Source: Phycisphaerae bacterium (lineage in GTDB: Bacteria > Planctomycetota > Phycisphaerae > Phycisphaerales > SM1A02). From it: 64,000 nucleotides of DNA. Both the position numbers and the translations under genes were made by a program. The notes below the pieces were generated by a model. It was given only the letters and a program-made list of their open reading frames with translations, was not told where the DNA came from and ran no database searches. The stretch lies in the NCBI GenBank assembly GCA_002716385.1, contig PBAX01000002.1:68180-132179 (forward strand), given 5' to 3'. Positions 20,164-29,950 of the stretch are shown here, piece after piece (the first letter of the stretch is position 1; the number at the start of each line of letters is the position of its first letter).

Positions 20164-20919
20164 TTGGTAGGCTTTCAGGAGATGAATTCCTATCTGGCAC
20201 CCACTGCGGCATCACTCGGGAACGATCTGCGTGTCATCTGTGATCGACTTCGTCGAGACGGCTGGCGGGCGGTTCAGCTTTCTGCCGCCATGCCGGGGGC
20301 CAGACCTCGTGAGCTTGGCGCTTCGGCGAGGCGTGATCTGGCAGCGACTCTGCGACGTACTGAACTCGTGGCCGCCGGCATGGATCTTTGGATACCGCAG
20401 GAGCATTTTCTCGATCCATCAACGGTCGATCGAGCCGTCAGCTCCTTCGATGCCGCTTGTGGTCTGGCATCGGACCTCGGGATCACGGCCTTGAGTGTGA
20501 TATTGCCCGGGCCGGATCAGCTTGATGATGAGATCCGCGAAGTCATTGAAAGTTCATCGGTGAAGCACGGTGTTCTGATTGCCGATCACAGAATGCCATA
20601 CGAGCATGTGGACGAGATCGAATCCGCGGGGCTCGACCCGGCTGCGTGCTTTTCGGTGGATAGAGATCCCGTGAATGTGGTTCTTGAACTGGCCGGTCGG
20701 CTGGTGGCCCCGAGGCTCTCCGATCTGATCGCGACTGGTTTGCGAGGTGTCCCCGGGGACGTCGGAGGCAGGTTGGATATCCACGCCTATCGAGCAGCGG
20801 TCGCCACCGTCGCATCGAACCGGCACGTGGCACTTGATCTTCGGCAGCTGACATCGCCATGGGAGGGCATGAGGACTGCTCGAGCGGCCTGGCTAGCCGC
20901 GGGGCCTGGAGAGGATTGA
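20164..20919 (+). CDS. hypothetical protein, possibly xylose-isomerase-like TIM barrel
   Basis: 251-aa ORF with coding-like composition. Resemblance to sugar-phosphate isomerase/epimerase family proteins is weak. Start (TTG 20164 or ATG 20182) is uncertain. Confidence 0.35.
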   Translation: MVGFQEMNSYLAPTAASLGNDLRVICDRLRRDGWRAVQLSAAMPGARPRELGASARRDLAATLRRTELVAAGMDLWIPQEHFLDPSTVDRAVSSFDAACGLASDLGITALSVILPGPDQLDDEIREVIESSSVKHGVLIADHRMPYEHVDEIESAGLDPAACFSVDRDPVNVVLELAGRLVAPRLSDLIATGLRGVPGDVGGRLDIHAYRAAVATVASNRHVALDLRQLTSPWEGMRTARAAWLAAGPGED

Positions 20920-20952
20920 GCTGTTGCTGGCAGCACCTTATAGAATGGCTGC

Positions 20953-21357
20953 ATGCCATCGCTTGCCCATGGAGTTGATCTGGTTCCGGTCGCCAGAATT
21001 GAGCAGATGATTTCCAAGCATGGGGATCGTTTTCTCGAGCGTGTGTTCACCAGAGATGAACGTACGGAGGCCGATCGAATGGTCCGCAGAAGAGGTGAGC
21101 GGTACGCTGCGCGCTTCGCTGCCAAGGAAGCCGTTCTCAAGGCGCTCGGAACCGGACTCAGTGGGGGCATCACCTGGCAGGACATCGATGTCAGGAGAAC
21201 GGCCTCTGGTGCGCCATTCGTGGAGTTCTCCGGCATTGCGGCGAAGAAGGCAACCGAACTGGGCTTGAGTTCCTGGAGGCTGAGCCTCAGTCATTCGGGC
21301 GGTCTGGCAATCGCGAGTGTGGTCGCCTGCGGGCAGTCCAATCCGGATGGTTTTTGA
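20953..21357 (+). CDS. acpS: holo-[acyl-carrier-protein] synthase
   Basis: GVDLVPVARIE, RFAAKEAVLKALG, and LSLSHSGGLAIASVV. Confidence 0.85.
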   Translation: MPSLAHGVDLVPVARIEQMISKHGDRFLERVFTRDERTEADRMVRRRGERYAARFAAKEAVLKALGTGLSGGITWQDIDVRRTASGAPFVEFSGIAAKKATELGLSSWRLSLSHSGGLAIASVVACGQSNPDGF

Positions 21358-21372
21358 GTACAGGGCGAGATC

Positions 21373-22044
21373 ATGGGAAGAAGAAACAATCGCCCCGCAC
21401 TGTATGAGTTGAGTCGTCCAAGACCCGATGCCTCGAATGTGTCCAATGTCGTGGATGGTCGTCACCAGTCGGATGATCCGGCCGTGTCCTCGCCCCATTG
21501 GCTCACGCCGGGTGTCGGGATTCGCATTCCAGGTGGTTTTCTGGTCCTTGGCGGATTGCTGCTGATTGGTTCGATCATCGGTGCCTGGTGGTTGGGCTAC
21601 AGCTCGGGTGTGGCCCGCACAGAGGCGATGATGGCTGCCAACCCCGAAGGCATTCTGCTTGATCCCCTTCTGGTGACGGATTCACAGCCCATAACGGCGG
21701 TGCCTGATGGTGTTCAGGAGCCCTTGGAGTCGGCCTCGGGCCCTCTGATCGACCCTGAGAGGCCCTGGCATTTCGTGCTCGCAGAGACGAATCAGGCCGG
21801 AGCGGACCGTCTGGCGGAATTCTGTCTGATGCAGGGTCTTGAAGTCATGGTGATTCCACGTCACAATACGGGTCTTGCCCGGGTGATAGCCATGCCTGGC
21901 ATGGAGACATCATCTCGGCAAGTGCCCGAAGTGAGAGCCCAGGATCAGTTGATCGCCGTACTGGGACGGCAGTGGAAGCAGCACGGTGGTCGAACGGATT
22001 TTTCCGACCGCTACATGGACCGTATCGAGCCAGGGCTTGATTGA
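21373..22044 (+). CDS. membrane-anchored protein with SPOR-like C-terminal domain
   Basis: Single TM (FLVLGGLLLIGSIIGAWWL). The C-terminal WHFVLAETNQAGADRLAEFCLMQGLEVMVIP resembles SPOR repeats. Confidence 0.4.
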   Translation: MGRRNNRPALYELSRPRPDASNVSNVVDGRHQSDDPAVSSPHWLTPGVGIRIPGGFLVLGGLLLIGSIIGAWWLGYSSGVARTEAMMAANPEGILLDPLLVTDSQPITAVPDGVQEPLESASGPLIDPERPWHFVLAETNQAGADRLAEFCLMQGLEVMVIPRHNTGLARVIAMPGMETSSRQVPEVRAQDQLIAVLGRQWKQHGGRTDFSDRYMDRIEPGLD

Positions 22045-22066
22045 CCTGGATCCGAGGAGAACAGTT

Positions 22067-22276
22067 ATGAGCCTTCATCCAAGCCTGCGAACGAAGCCTT
22101 CGGGCCTCAGTCAGTTCCGAACGGTTCTCAAGCGATCCGAGCGTATCGCCAAGCTCAATGAGCGTGGCGATTTCAAGGATGGCGATTCTCCCCTTGGCCT
22201 CGTCAAGGTCGGTCAGGTTCGAGTGGTCACCAAGAAGAAGAAGAAGGTCGAGGAAAAGACAGAGGAAGAGAGCTGA
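22067..22276 (+). CDS. small basic protein (about 69 aa; PVC-type small basic protein family, from memory)
   Basis: MSLHPSLRTKPSGLSQFRTVLKRSERIAKLNERGDFKDGDSPLGL...KKKKKVEEK. GAGGAG RBS at 22054-22059. Start taken at the internal ATG of track ORF 21986..22276. Confidence 0.6.
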   Translation: MSLHPSLRTKPSGLSQFRTVLKRSERIAKLNERGDFKDGDSPLGLVKVGQVRVVTKKKKKVEEKTEEES

Positions 22277-22324
22277 TTGCCAGCTGCTGATCCCTGATTC
22301 ACGCCGCTGCGGTATCGTGGTGGC

Positions 22325-23482
22325 ATGATCGACCCCGAGACACTACTCAGTTCAAGAGCAATGCAGATCGATGCCTCTGGCATTCGACGCGCCTTCCAGT
22401 TGGGGGCCAAGCTCGACAACCCGATAAACCTCTCCATCGGCCAGCCGCATTTTCCGGTTCCCGATGCCTTGAAGGATGCCGCGATAAAGGCCATCCGCGA
22501 GGATGCCAACGGCTACACCCTGACGAGCGGTCACCCATCATTGTGTGATTCCCTTCGTGACTCGATCGCCAAGGATCTTGGGTGGCCCAGAGACGATGCC
22601 TCGATCGATGTCATGGTCACATCGGGTACGAGTGGGGCGTTGATTCTGGCGGCATGGGTTCTTCTGGATCCAGAGGACGAGTTGATCATTCCGGATCCCA
22701 ATTTCGTGATCTATCCGGCACTGGGGCCCATGACGGGTGCCAAGGTCGTCTCATGCAATACCTATCCGGACTTCTGCATGACCGCTGAGAGACTGGAACC
22801 GCTGATCACCGAAAAGACAAAGCTCGTCATCATCAACTCGCCTGGTAATCCGACCGGGGTGGTCCTCAGTGACGGGCAGATGCGCGATGTGGCGGCGCTT
22901 TGTCGTGATCGAGGGGTGATGCTTCTGTCCGACGAAATCTACGATCTGTTCACCTATTCATCCATGAGGGATGAACGTGGCCGTTCACCTTCACCGGGAA
23001 ACCATGGTCGCGACATGCTGATCGTACGTGGTTTCGGCAAGAACTACGGATGCACCGGATGGCGACTCGGGTATGCGGCGGGACCTTCCTGGCTCATCCA
23101 TCAGATGAGCAAGTTCCAGCAGTACTCGTTCGTGTGTGCGCCGAGTATGGCACAGCATGCGGTCATAGCGGCCAATGGCGTTGACATGTCGGGTATCGTC
23201 GCCGAGTACGAATCCAAGCGGAACATGGTTCTGGACATCCTCTCGCCGTTGATGCACGTGGCGATTCCTGATGGGGCGTTTTATGCATTCCCCGAGGTGC
23301 CGGGGTCACTTGGAATGACCGGGACACAGTTCACGGAGCGGCTTCTCGAACATAATGTGATCGCGATTCCCGGAGGGGTTTTCAGTGATCGTGACACCCA
23401 CTTCCGAATCAGCTACGCCACGGACGATGATCGTCTTGAGACGGGGCTTCGTGCGATTGCCAAGGCGGTACAGACGCACTGA
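22325..23482 (+). CDS. class I/II pyridoxal-phosphate aminotransferase (aspartate aminotransferase-like)
   Basis: INLSIGQPHFP, NSPGNPTG, and the PLP-lysine context RGFGKNYGCTGWRLGY. Confidence 0.85.
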   Translation: MIDPETLLSSRAMQIDASGIRRAFQLGAKLDNPINLSIGQPHFPVPDALKDAAIKAIREDANGYTLTSGHPSLCDSLRDSIAKDLGWPRDDASIDVMVTSGTSGALILAAWVLLDPEDELIIPDPNFVIYPALGPMTGAKVVSCNTYPDFCMTAERLEPLITEKTKLVIINSPGNPTGVVLSDGQMRDVAALCRDRGVMLLSDEIYDLFTYSSMRDERGRSPSPGNHGRDMLIVRGFGKNYGCTGWRLGYAAGPSWLIHQMSKFQQYSFVCAPSMAQHAVIAANGVDMSGIVAEYESKRNMVLDILSPLMHVAIPDGAFYAFPEVPGSLGMTGTQFTERLLEHNVIAIPGGVFSDRDTHFRISYATDDDRLETGLRAIAKAVQTH

Positions 23483-23504
23483 TCCACTCCCATCCAGAGA
23501 AAAT

Positions 23505-23533
23505 CCCCGTCGAAACACGAGGCTTCGACGGGG
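23505..23533. terminator. 10-bp GC-rich hairpin between convergent genes
   Basis: ccccgtcgaa-acacgaggc-ttcgacgggg, 22 nt after the aminotransferase stop. The T-run (ggggattttc) is on the minus-strand side. Confidence 0.45.
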
Positions 23534-23737
23534 AGGAGGGGAGAAAGAGCAATTGAATCCAGCCTGTCTGTCGGCCTTGGCCTTGTGAACCGTTCCCGGC
23601 AATTGCTGCAACCACAGCTTCGCCAGATCTTGGAACGGCTCCGCGACACCCCTGAATCGGCCGCATTATGGCTGGAAGTCCAGAAAACTATTGAAATATT
23701 GCACTTTCGCAGGGGTTTTTCTGGGTCTCAGGTCAGA

Positions 23738-24838
23738 TCAGAGAGTTGTTGAGCCTGCGTTCCCAAGGGGATAGGAGAGTTCGCTCGATACCTCATGAAT
23801 CAACTGAGTCCAGGTGCTGAACACCCGATTTGGGTCATTCTGCTGTCGCACATGCGTTCTGGCTTGTTGGCCAAGGCGGCTTCTGCGGTCCGAATCGGAG
23901 ATCAGATCCTCGATGGCTTCCGCCCATGCCTCCTTGCTGGATTCGGTCAGGATGCATTGGTGCCTTCGATCAGGACTTGCGAGCATCGGGTGGTCGGGGC
24001 GAAGGATTACCCGCCCCTTGGACATGGCTTCATCAATCACCGATCTGGTGCAGCATGTGCTGTTGGCAATGATCAGGAAGGTGCAATCGCTGATCAGTGG
24101 CCTCAGTACCGAGGCGTTGCTGAATGATGAAATGCGATCAAGCAATCCCAGTGATTCGGCATGGCGCCAGGTGGTGTTGCTTCGTGATTTTCCCAGTTCC
24201 ATGAATATCTGAAGATCAGGATGGTGCTTCACGGTTTCTGTCAGGCCATCCAGGATGTCTCTGGTGCTGCGTGCATCCACTTCCGCATCAAGAATGGCGA
24301 TGGACGGAGGGAGATTCGTCGTGTCATTGGCTGTATCGGTCATTGTGATCGGATGGGGAGTCGTGGCCACCAGATGATGCTGATCCCGCTCTCTCATGGC
24401 GTTCGCCAGTCCGGACGAGGCGGTGGCGTACGCCGAGACAATCTGCGGCCTCAGTGGTGGACGTTTGATGTGATCGGTCTGCCAGCATTCCACGACAAGG
24501 GGCAATTCAAGCGACATCGCCAGATCCTGTCCGATTGAGGCGGCGAATTGTCCGAAGGTAATGATGACATCGGGGAGCGATCGTCCGATTTCGCGACTAA
24601 GGCCGTCAATGATCCTCCTTCTCTGGAGCCAGTTGAGCGGCATCGGGGTATGCAGTGGCGCTTCCGTGGCCAGTGGTGAGATCTCGTCATGTGATGATTC
24701 GGGGGACTGGACCATCTCCGTTATCTGGATGCCGGCGTTCTGCAGTCCAACAAGCACATCCCTGATGGCCTGTTCCTCCTGGGATCTTCTGAGGTTGTCG
24801 ATGATCACCAACGCGTGCATCATGCTCGTGCTCTCCAT
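23738..24838 (-). CDS. glycosyltransferase (GT-B, family 4-like), degenerate
   Basis: Two-lobed layout. N-lobe PDVIITFGQFAA. C-lobe SVIDEAMSKGRVIL resembles the EAMAxGxPVI motif. Confidence 0.4.
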   Translation of the reverse strand: MESTSMMHALVIIDNLRRSQEEQAIRDVLVGLQNAGIQITEMVQSPESSHDEISPLATEAPLHTPMPLNWLQRRRIIDGLSREIGRSLPDVIITFGQFAASIGQDLAMSLELPLVVECWQTDHIKRPPLRPQIVSAYATASSGLANAMRERDQHHLVATTPHPITMTDTANDTTNLPPSIAILDAEVDARSTRDILDGLTETVKHHPDLQIFMELGKSRSNTTWRHAESLGLLDRISSFSNASVLRPLISDCTFLIIANSTCCTRSVIDEAMSKGRVILRPDHPMLASPDRRHQCILTESSKEAWAEAIEDLISDSDRRSRLGQQARTHVRQQNDPNRVFSTWTQLIHEVSSELSYPLGNAGSTTL

Positions 24839-25356
24839 GGAGAATCCTCATCTTGAAGAGGAAGGAGCGCCGTCGACATCTCATCGGGTATGCGAGTCGG
24901 TTTTCTTGTATCCAGATCGACATGCACCCACAGGGTCGAAGCCGTACAGACGACTTCCGGAGTCTCCTCACGCATCGTCCATATCAAGGTGTCTCGCCAT
25001 GATTTCACGCGTCTGATGTCGCGGACCCAAGTGGCGATGAGGAACGTCTCGTCGGGCAACGCCTCTGATCGGTAGTCGATTTCATGACGCGCCACGAAGA
25101 ACATGGATCTGGTATCCAGAAGGTCCTGATAGGACCAGCCCGCGGCGGTGAGGGCCAGTTCCGCCGCCCTGTCGATCCACCTGACGATCTCGATGTTCGA
25201 GATATGGTTCACCAGATCGCTCGTCCCCTTCGAAGCGGGGGACAGTTGGAGTGGGATTGCCTGAGGATGAACGGCCCACTCCGGTCGGCAGTCGGGCATT
25301 TGATCGAGCATCCTCATGTCTGGTTTGTCGCGGGCACCGGGCTGGGACGTAGTCAT
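24820..25356 (-). CDS. acyl-CoA thioesterase (hotdog fold, 4HBT/YbgC-like)
   Basis: FFVARHEIDYRSEALPDETFLIATWV and VHVDLDTRKPTRIP, typical of 4HBT thioesterases. Confidence 0.7.
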   Translation of the reverse strand: MTTSQPGARDKPDMRMLDQMPDCRPEWAVHPQAIPLQLSPASKGTSDLVNHISNIEIVRWIDRAAELALTAAGWSYQDLLDTRSMFFVARHEIDYRSEALPDETFLIATWVRDIRRVKSWRDTLIWTMREETPEVVCTASTLWVHVDLDTRKPTRIPDEMSTALLPLQDEDSPWRARA

Positions 25357-25691
25357 GAGACCTCCTCTTCATCGAGTGCCTTGGCAAGCGATCTCAGGTA
25401 GGCCCATGTGTAGAGTCCGGTGTCATGACCATCTGAAAAGCGGATTCGAACCGCATAGTTCCCGACCAGTTCGAGCTCCTCGGCCGTCAACTCGCTGCCA
25501 TCCCCGCCGGGAATCACAGTCAGTGGATTGGCTTCTATCTGGCTTCTCATGGTCCGAGCCTCCGCCGATGGGGACATCCTCCGGAGGTATTTGACGGACA
25601 GAAAACAGGAGGATCCATCTTGCCACGTGATATTCAGCCCTCGTGTGCGTTCCAGGTCGAGATGTCTGGGGGGGGGTTCGTTCATGGTCAC
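25353..25691 (-). CDS. DUF971 domain protein
   Basis: LNITWQDGSSCFLSVKYLRRMSPSAE...GNYAVRIRFSDGHDTGLYTWAYLRSL matches the DUF971 pattern. GTG start. Confidence 0.7.
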   Translation of the reverse strand: MTMNEPPPRHLDLERTRGLNITWQDGSSCFLSVKYLRRMSPSAEARTMRSQIEANPLTVIPGGDGSELTAEELELVGNYAVRIRFSDGHDTGLYTWAYLRSLAKALDEEEVS

Positions 25692-25785
25692 TCGAGTGCC
25701 GGGAGGTGGGTATGGTGGGTATCCTACCTTCGTGCGACGGTATGGATTGTCTATCAGGCGTTCCTGAAGGCTAGGAGGTTCCCCG

Positions 25786-26688
25786 ATGAAGCAATGTTCG
25801 CCTGAAGCGACGGCCAGAGTGGGCGATCATGTCGCGGACAGGCTTTGCGCGGCAGCAAGGCAGGTGCATTCCCCGGTCTGCGTCGGTCTGGATCCAGTGC
25901 TGGAAAGGCTGCCTGATGAGATCCGTTCATCGGCTTGCGACCCCGGCTCGACCGTCGACGCCATCGAATCCTTCTGTCTTGGTGTTCTGGACTCCATCGT
26001 CGGCCACATTGCAGTGGTCAAGTTCCAGTCGGCCTGTTTCGAGCGTCATGGTGCCGTTGGCGTGCAGATGATGAGCAGATTGATCGATGCCGCGAAGGAG
26101 CGATCTTTGCTTCCCATTCTGGATGCCAAGCGTGGCGATATCGGCATCTCAGCATCCCACTATGCGGTTGCCGGGCGTGCACTTGGTTGCGACTGGATCA
26201 CCATCAATGGTTGGCTCGGAGTGGATGGCATCTCGCCGTTTCTCGAGAACAACGGAGGTGCATTCGTTCTGGTCAGGACATCGAACCCATCGGGTGAACA
26301 AATGCAGAATCTGGTGCTCGAGGATGGTCGCACGGTGTCCGAGGCGATGGCGGATCTGGTGGTCGATCTGGGATCGAGTCACATCGGCGACTCGGGATAC
26401 AGTTCATTGGGCGCGGTGGTCGGAGCGACGCATCCCGCCGAACTGTCGAGTTTCCGAGAAAGACTCGGCAATTCGATCCTGCTTCTGCCTGGCTATGGTG
26501 CCCAGGGAGGCACGGCGGAGGGGATCCGTCCGTGCTTCGATAAGGACGGGCTTGGTGCGGTGGTGACTTCCAGCCGTGGCATCATCTATTCATTTGCGGA
26601 CAAGTCGGGCGACTGGAAGAAGAGTGTGCAAGAAGCCGCTGCGGCATTTAGTGACGAGATTGGTTCCATTTCAGGGATGAGATCATGA
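25786..26688 (+). CDS. pyrF: orotidine 5'-phosphate decarboxylase (type 2)
   Basis: [24 protein letters not shown], and [10 protein letters not shown]. Confidence 0.85.
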   Translation: MKQCSPEATARVGDHVADRLCAAARQVHSPVCVGLDPVLERLPDEIRSSACDPGSTVDAIESFCLGVLDSIVGHIAVVKFQSACFERHGAVGVQMMSRLIDAAKERSLLPILDAKRGDIGISASHYAVAGRALGCDWITINGWLGVDGISPFLENNGGAFVLVRTSNPSGEQMQNLVLEDGRTVSEAMADLVVDLGSSHIGDSGYSSLGAVVGATHPAELSSFRERLGNSILLLPGYGAQGGTAEGIRPCFDKDGLGAVVTSSRGIIYSFADKSGDWKKSVQEAAAAFSDEIGSISGMRS

Positions 26689-28433
26689 GTGGTTCGAGTG
26701 TAGGCGGTGTTTCGATTCCCGGATGGCGGATTCTGGTGGTTCTGCTGTGCTTTGGTGTCGTGCTCGCGCTGCCCTTCGTTTTCAGGGAGCCCCGTATCGT
26801 GGACGAGACCGATGCTCGCCGCGTCATCATCATCAGTCCACACAACGAGCAGATTCGATACGAGTTCGGCTACGGCTTCGAGCGATGGCATGAACTGAAG
26901 TATGGAGAGCCTGCGAGGGTCGTCTGGAGCACGCCGGGAGGCACCTCGGAGATTCGCAAGATGCTCCAGTCCGACTGGAAGGCTGCCCTCAAGCAAGGGC
27001 AACAGCCAGGTGGCAATGCCGATCTCGTGTTCGGTGGAGGTTCCTATGAGCACGGTCAGTTCAAGCGTGGAGTCAAGCTCACACTCGAGGATCGTGACCA
27101 GGAACAGGTATCGGCTTGGGTCAGGCGTCTTGGAGCCAATTCTGTCCCATCGCTGGATGATCCATCGAAGATCGTATCCCTCACAATTGGGGATGTTCAG
27201 GTCGAACTCACTCCGCAGGGGAACAGCACATCCTTGTGGTCGATCACGGCGGACTCCTCCATAAGCATCCCAGCCGGTATTCCCACGGATCATCTAAAGA
27301 AGACCTATGGTCGAACGCAGGTTGCGGGCACGCCGCTCTGGGATGAGGACCAGTACTGGCTTGGGACAGCCTTGTCTGCATTCGGGATCATCTTCAACAA
27401 CGATCTCTTGAGGGAGCTTGAAGTCCCTCAGCCGGTTTCCTGGGATGCCCTGTGCAGCCCGAAGCTGCGTCAGGAAGTGGCATTGGTCAATCCCGCTCAG
27501 TCAGGCTCGGTGACGACCGCATTTGAAACGATTCTCAAGAGACGTGACTGGACGCCGGGATGGTGGATTCTTAGACGAGCGGCAGCCAATGCCCGCTACT
27601 TCTCAGCCTCGTCACTTCGTGCACCGACTGATGTTGCACAGGGCGATGCCGCGATGGGGGTGAGCATCGATTTCTTCGGACGATTCGAGTCGCAGAGTCT
27701 TCGCGATCACGGTGCAGGCGATCGGGTTGGATACATCGATCCGCCTGGCGAGACCATGCTTGATCCGGATCCGATCTCGCTCCTGATGAATCCACCGGAC
27801 CCTGAAATGGCCCGGCGTTTCATAGAGTTCACCCTCGAGCCGGCAGGGCAGTCACTCTGGCAGTTCCCTCCGGGGGAAAGTGCGGATGGCCTCGGGCCGC
27901 GTCAATACTCCTTGAGACGACTTCCCGTTTCAGCCGATCTGTACCAGTCGCATCTCAATCGGTTCGTCGATCAGATCGATCCATTCGTCAATGCGGAACC
28001 ACCGCCCTTCAATGATCGAAACATGCGTTCCTTCATCTCGACGGTGTTTCAGGCCTGTGCCATGGACACGATCGTCGAACTCGAGGCGGCATGGAATGCC
28101 ATCGTTACCCATCCGGCCTATCCGGAGGATGACGAGGGAATCGTGACCGCCGCGGATGTGTCCGATCCACAATTGAAGCAGATGCTGGAATTGTTCGATG
28201 ACATTCCAGACATACCCGGTCCAGACGGTCAGCAATGGTCCCTTTCCACCAAGGAGGGGCGGGCCACCATCAAGGCGGGATGGCTCAAGCGGGGTTGGGC
28301 CGATGCGGGCCTGTGGGATTCCGAGGCGAATCCGGCTCGTGCACTCAGGCGTTTTCTCAGTGAGCAGTTCATCGGGAATTATCGTCAGATTGTCCGGATG
28401 TCGCAGGTCAACGACGAGAAGCAGCCCAGTTGA
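26685..28433 (+). CDS. extracellular solute-binding protein (ABC-type, iron/polyamine-like), orphan
   Basis: N-terminal TM/signal, then [22 protein letters not shown] and VNPAQSGS, typical of SBP family 1. No permease or ATPase gene is adjacent. Confidence 0.55.
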   Translation: MSGSSVGGVSIPGWRILVVLLCFGVVLALPFVFREPRIVDETDARRVIIISPHNEQIRYEFGYGFERWHELKYGEPARVVWSTPGGTSEIRKMLQSDWKAALKQGQQPGGNADLVFGGGSYEHGQFKRGVKLTLEDRDQEQVSAWVRRLGANSVPSLDDPSKIVSLTIGDVQVELTPQGNSTSLWSITADSSISIPAGIPTDHLKKTYGRTQVAGTPLWDEDQYWLGTALSAFGIIFNNDLLRELEVPQPVSWDALCSPKLRQEVALVNPAQSGSVTTAFETILKRRDWTPGWWILRRAAANARYFSASSLRAPTDVAQGDAAMGVSIDFFGRFESQSLRDHGAGDRVGYIDPPGETMLDPDPISLLMNPPDPEMARRFIEFTLEPAGQSLWQFPPGESADGLGPRQYSLRRLPVSADLYQSHLNRFVDQIDPFVNAEPPPFNDRNMRSFISTVFQACAMDTIVELEAAWNAIVTHPAYPEDDEGIVTAADVSDPQLKQMLELFDDIPDIPGPDGQQWSLSTKEGRATIKAGWLKRGWADAGLWDSEANPARALRRFLSEQFIGNYRQIVRMSQVNDEKQPS

Positions 28434-29950
28434 TGGCCGTTGAAGAAGTCCATCACGACGCACCTCCCCGAACCGGCATCATTGTCACCCTTGGGCCGGC
28501 GACTGACGACCCGGATGTACTCGAACGCATGGTCGAGTCCGGCGCATCCATATTCCGGATCAACTTCAGCCATGGCGAGCCAGATTCGCACTATGAACGA
28601 ATCAAGGCGGTACGGGCCATCGAGAAGTCAACCGGCCGGCCGCTTGCCATCATGGGCGATCTTCCAGGGCCGAAGATCAGGCTTGTTGAGGTGGCGGGCG
28701 AGGGGATCATGCTCGAGGCTGGGCAGGAGATCACCTTCGACCGAGGTGAGTCGGGCCCATGCCGTTTACATGAGGATAATGGCCAGATCGTTCTCGGTTG
28801 CACATGGGCAGGTCTGGTCGACTGCGTCCAGCCTGGTGACCGAGTGCTGATCGATGACGGTCAGGTCAGACTGTTGGCCGTCGGAAGCGAGTCGGGCAGA
28901 TTGACCTGTCGCGTGACCGCAGGAGGGCTCATCACTTCCCACAAGGGGGTGAATCTTCCTGACAGCGATCTGGACATCGAGGTGCCCACGCCAAAGGATC
29001 GTTCGCTGGCGGAATGGGCCATCGGCCACGACATCGATCTGTTAGCGATGAGTTTCGTCCGCTCGGCCAGTGAAATCAAGGTGGTGCGTGATCTGCTGTT
29101 GGAGAAGGGCCGCATGATCGGTCATGAACGGCCTTTGCCGATCATCGCGAAGATCGAGGTGCCAGCTGGTGTGCACGCGGCGGAATCGATCATCGCAGCG
29201 GCAGATGGCGTGATGGTCGCTCGCGGTGATCTTGGAGTCGAGATGGATCTCGCGGCCGTCCCGATCATCCAGAAGCGATTGCTTTCTCTGGCGAGGCAAT
29301 TGGACAGGCCCTGCATCGTGGCGACCCAGATGCTCCAGTCGATGGTTGAATCGCCTGTTCCGACTCGAGCGGAAGCCAGTGATGTTGCCGGGGCGATCTT
29401 CGATGGGGCCGATGCCGTCATGCTTTCCGGAGAAACAGCCGTCGGTGCCTATCCAGTCGTTGCTGTGCAGACGATGCGGCGAATCTGTTCGCAGACGGAA
29501 TCATGGATGGATTCGGATGGCTATCAGGTCGAGGCCGGAACCCCTCTGGAATCAGTTGATCAGGCGATGGGTGATACACATGCACTGGTCGAGGGTATCT
29601 GGTCGACGGCGCATGCCGTGAAGGCCAAGTGCATAGTCGTCTTCTCGGAATGGGGGACCTGGTCAAGGCTCATCAGTCGAAGCACACGTCCAATCCCGAT
29701 AGTCGCCTACACCTCCCGGCCATCGGTGGTGAGGCAGATGCTGCTGTGCAGAGGCGTCATTCCCGAATTGATGGAGATCATGCCGGATGCCGAGATTCTG
29801 GGGAGGGATGCCGAGCATCGACTCCGCGACCTTCATTGGCTGGAGCCCGGTGACGCCATTCTGGTCGTCATCGGCCGTCCGATGGCGGAGACCATCCATT
29901 CGGTCCGTGTCACGGTGCAGCGGATCTCAGATATCGAGGCGACGGGATGA
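28433..29950 (+). CDS. pyk: pyruvate kinase
   Basis: IVTLGPATDD, MVARGDLGVE, ATQMLQSM, and SGETAVG. ATG 28433 lies directly after TTG 28430. Confidence 0.9.
   Translation: MAVEEVHHDAPPRTGIIVTLGPATDDPDVLERMVESGASIFRINFSHGEPDSHYERIKAVRAIEKSTGRPLAIMGDLPGPKIRLVEVAGEGIMLEAGQEITFDRGESGPCRLHEDNGQIVLGCTWAGLVDCVQPGDRVLIDDGQVRLLAVGSESGRLTCRVTAGGLITSHKGVNLPDSDLDIEVPTPKDRSLAEWAIGHDIDLLAMSFVRSASEIKVVRDLLLEKGRMIGHERPLPIIAKIEVPAGVHAAESIIAAADGVMVARGDLGVEMDLAAVPIIQKRLLSLARQLDRPCIVATQMLQSMVESPVPTRAEASDVAGAIFDGADAVMLSGETAVGAYPVVAVQTMRRICSQTESWMDSDGYQVEAGTPLESVDQAMGDTHALVEGIWSTAHAVKAKCIVVFSEWGTWSRLISRSTRPIPIVAYTSRPSVVRQMLLCRGVIPELMEIMPDAEILGRDAEHRLRDLHWLEPGDAILVVIGRPMAETIHSVRVTVQRISDIEATG

Noticed and set aside
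25668-25676. G9 homopolymer (C9 on the coding strand) at codons 6-8 of the DUF971 gene, as a possible phase-variation tract
   Set aside because: It encodes an in-frame Pro-Pro-Pro. By rough estimate, a few runs of this length are expected by chance in 64 kb of about 58% GC DNA. The gene is a cytoplasmic housekeeping-type protein, not a surface or restriction gene. Only population or long-read data could show length variation.
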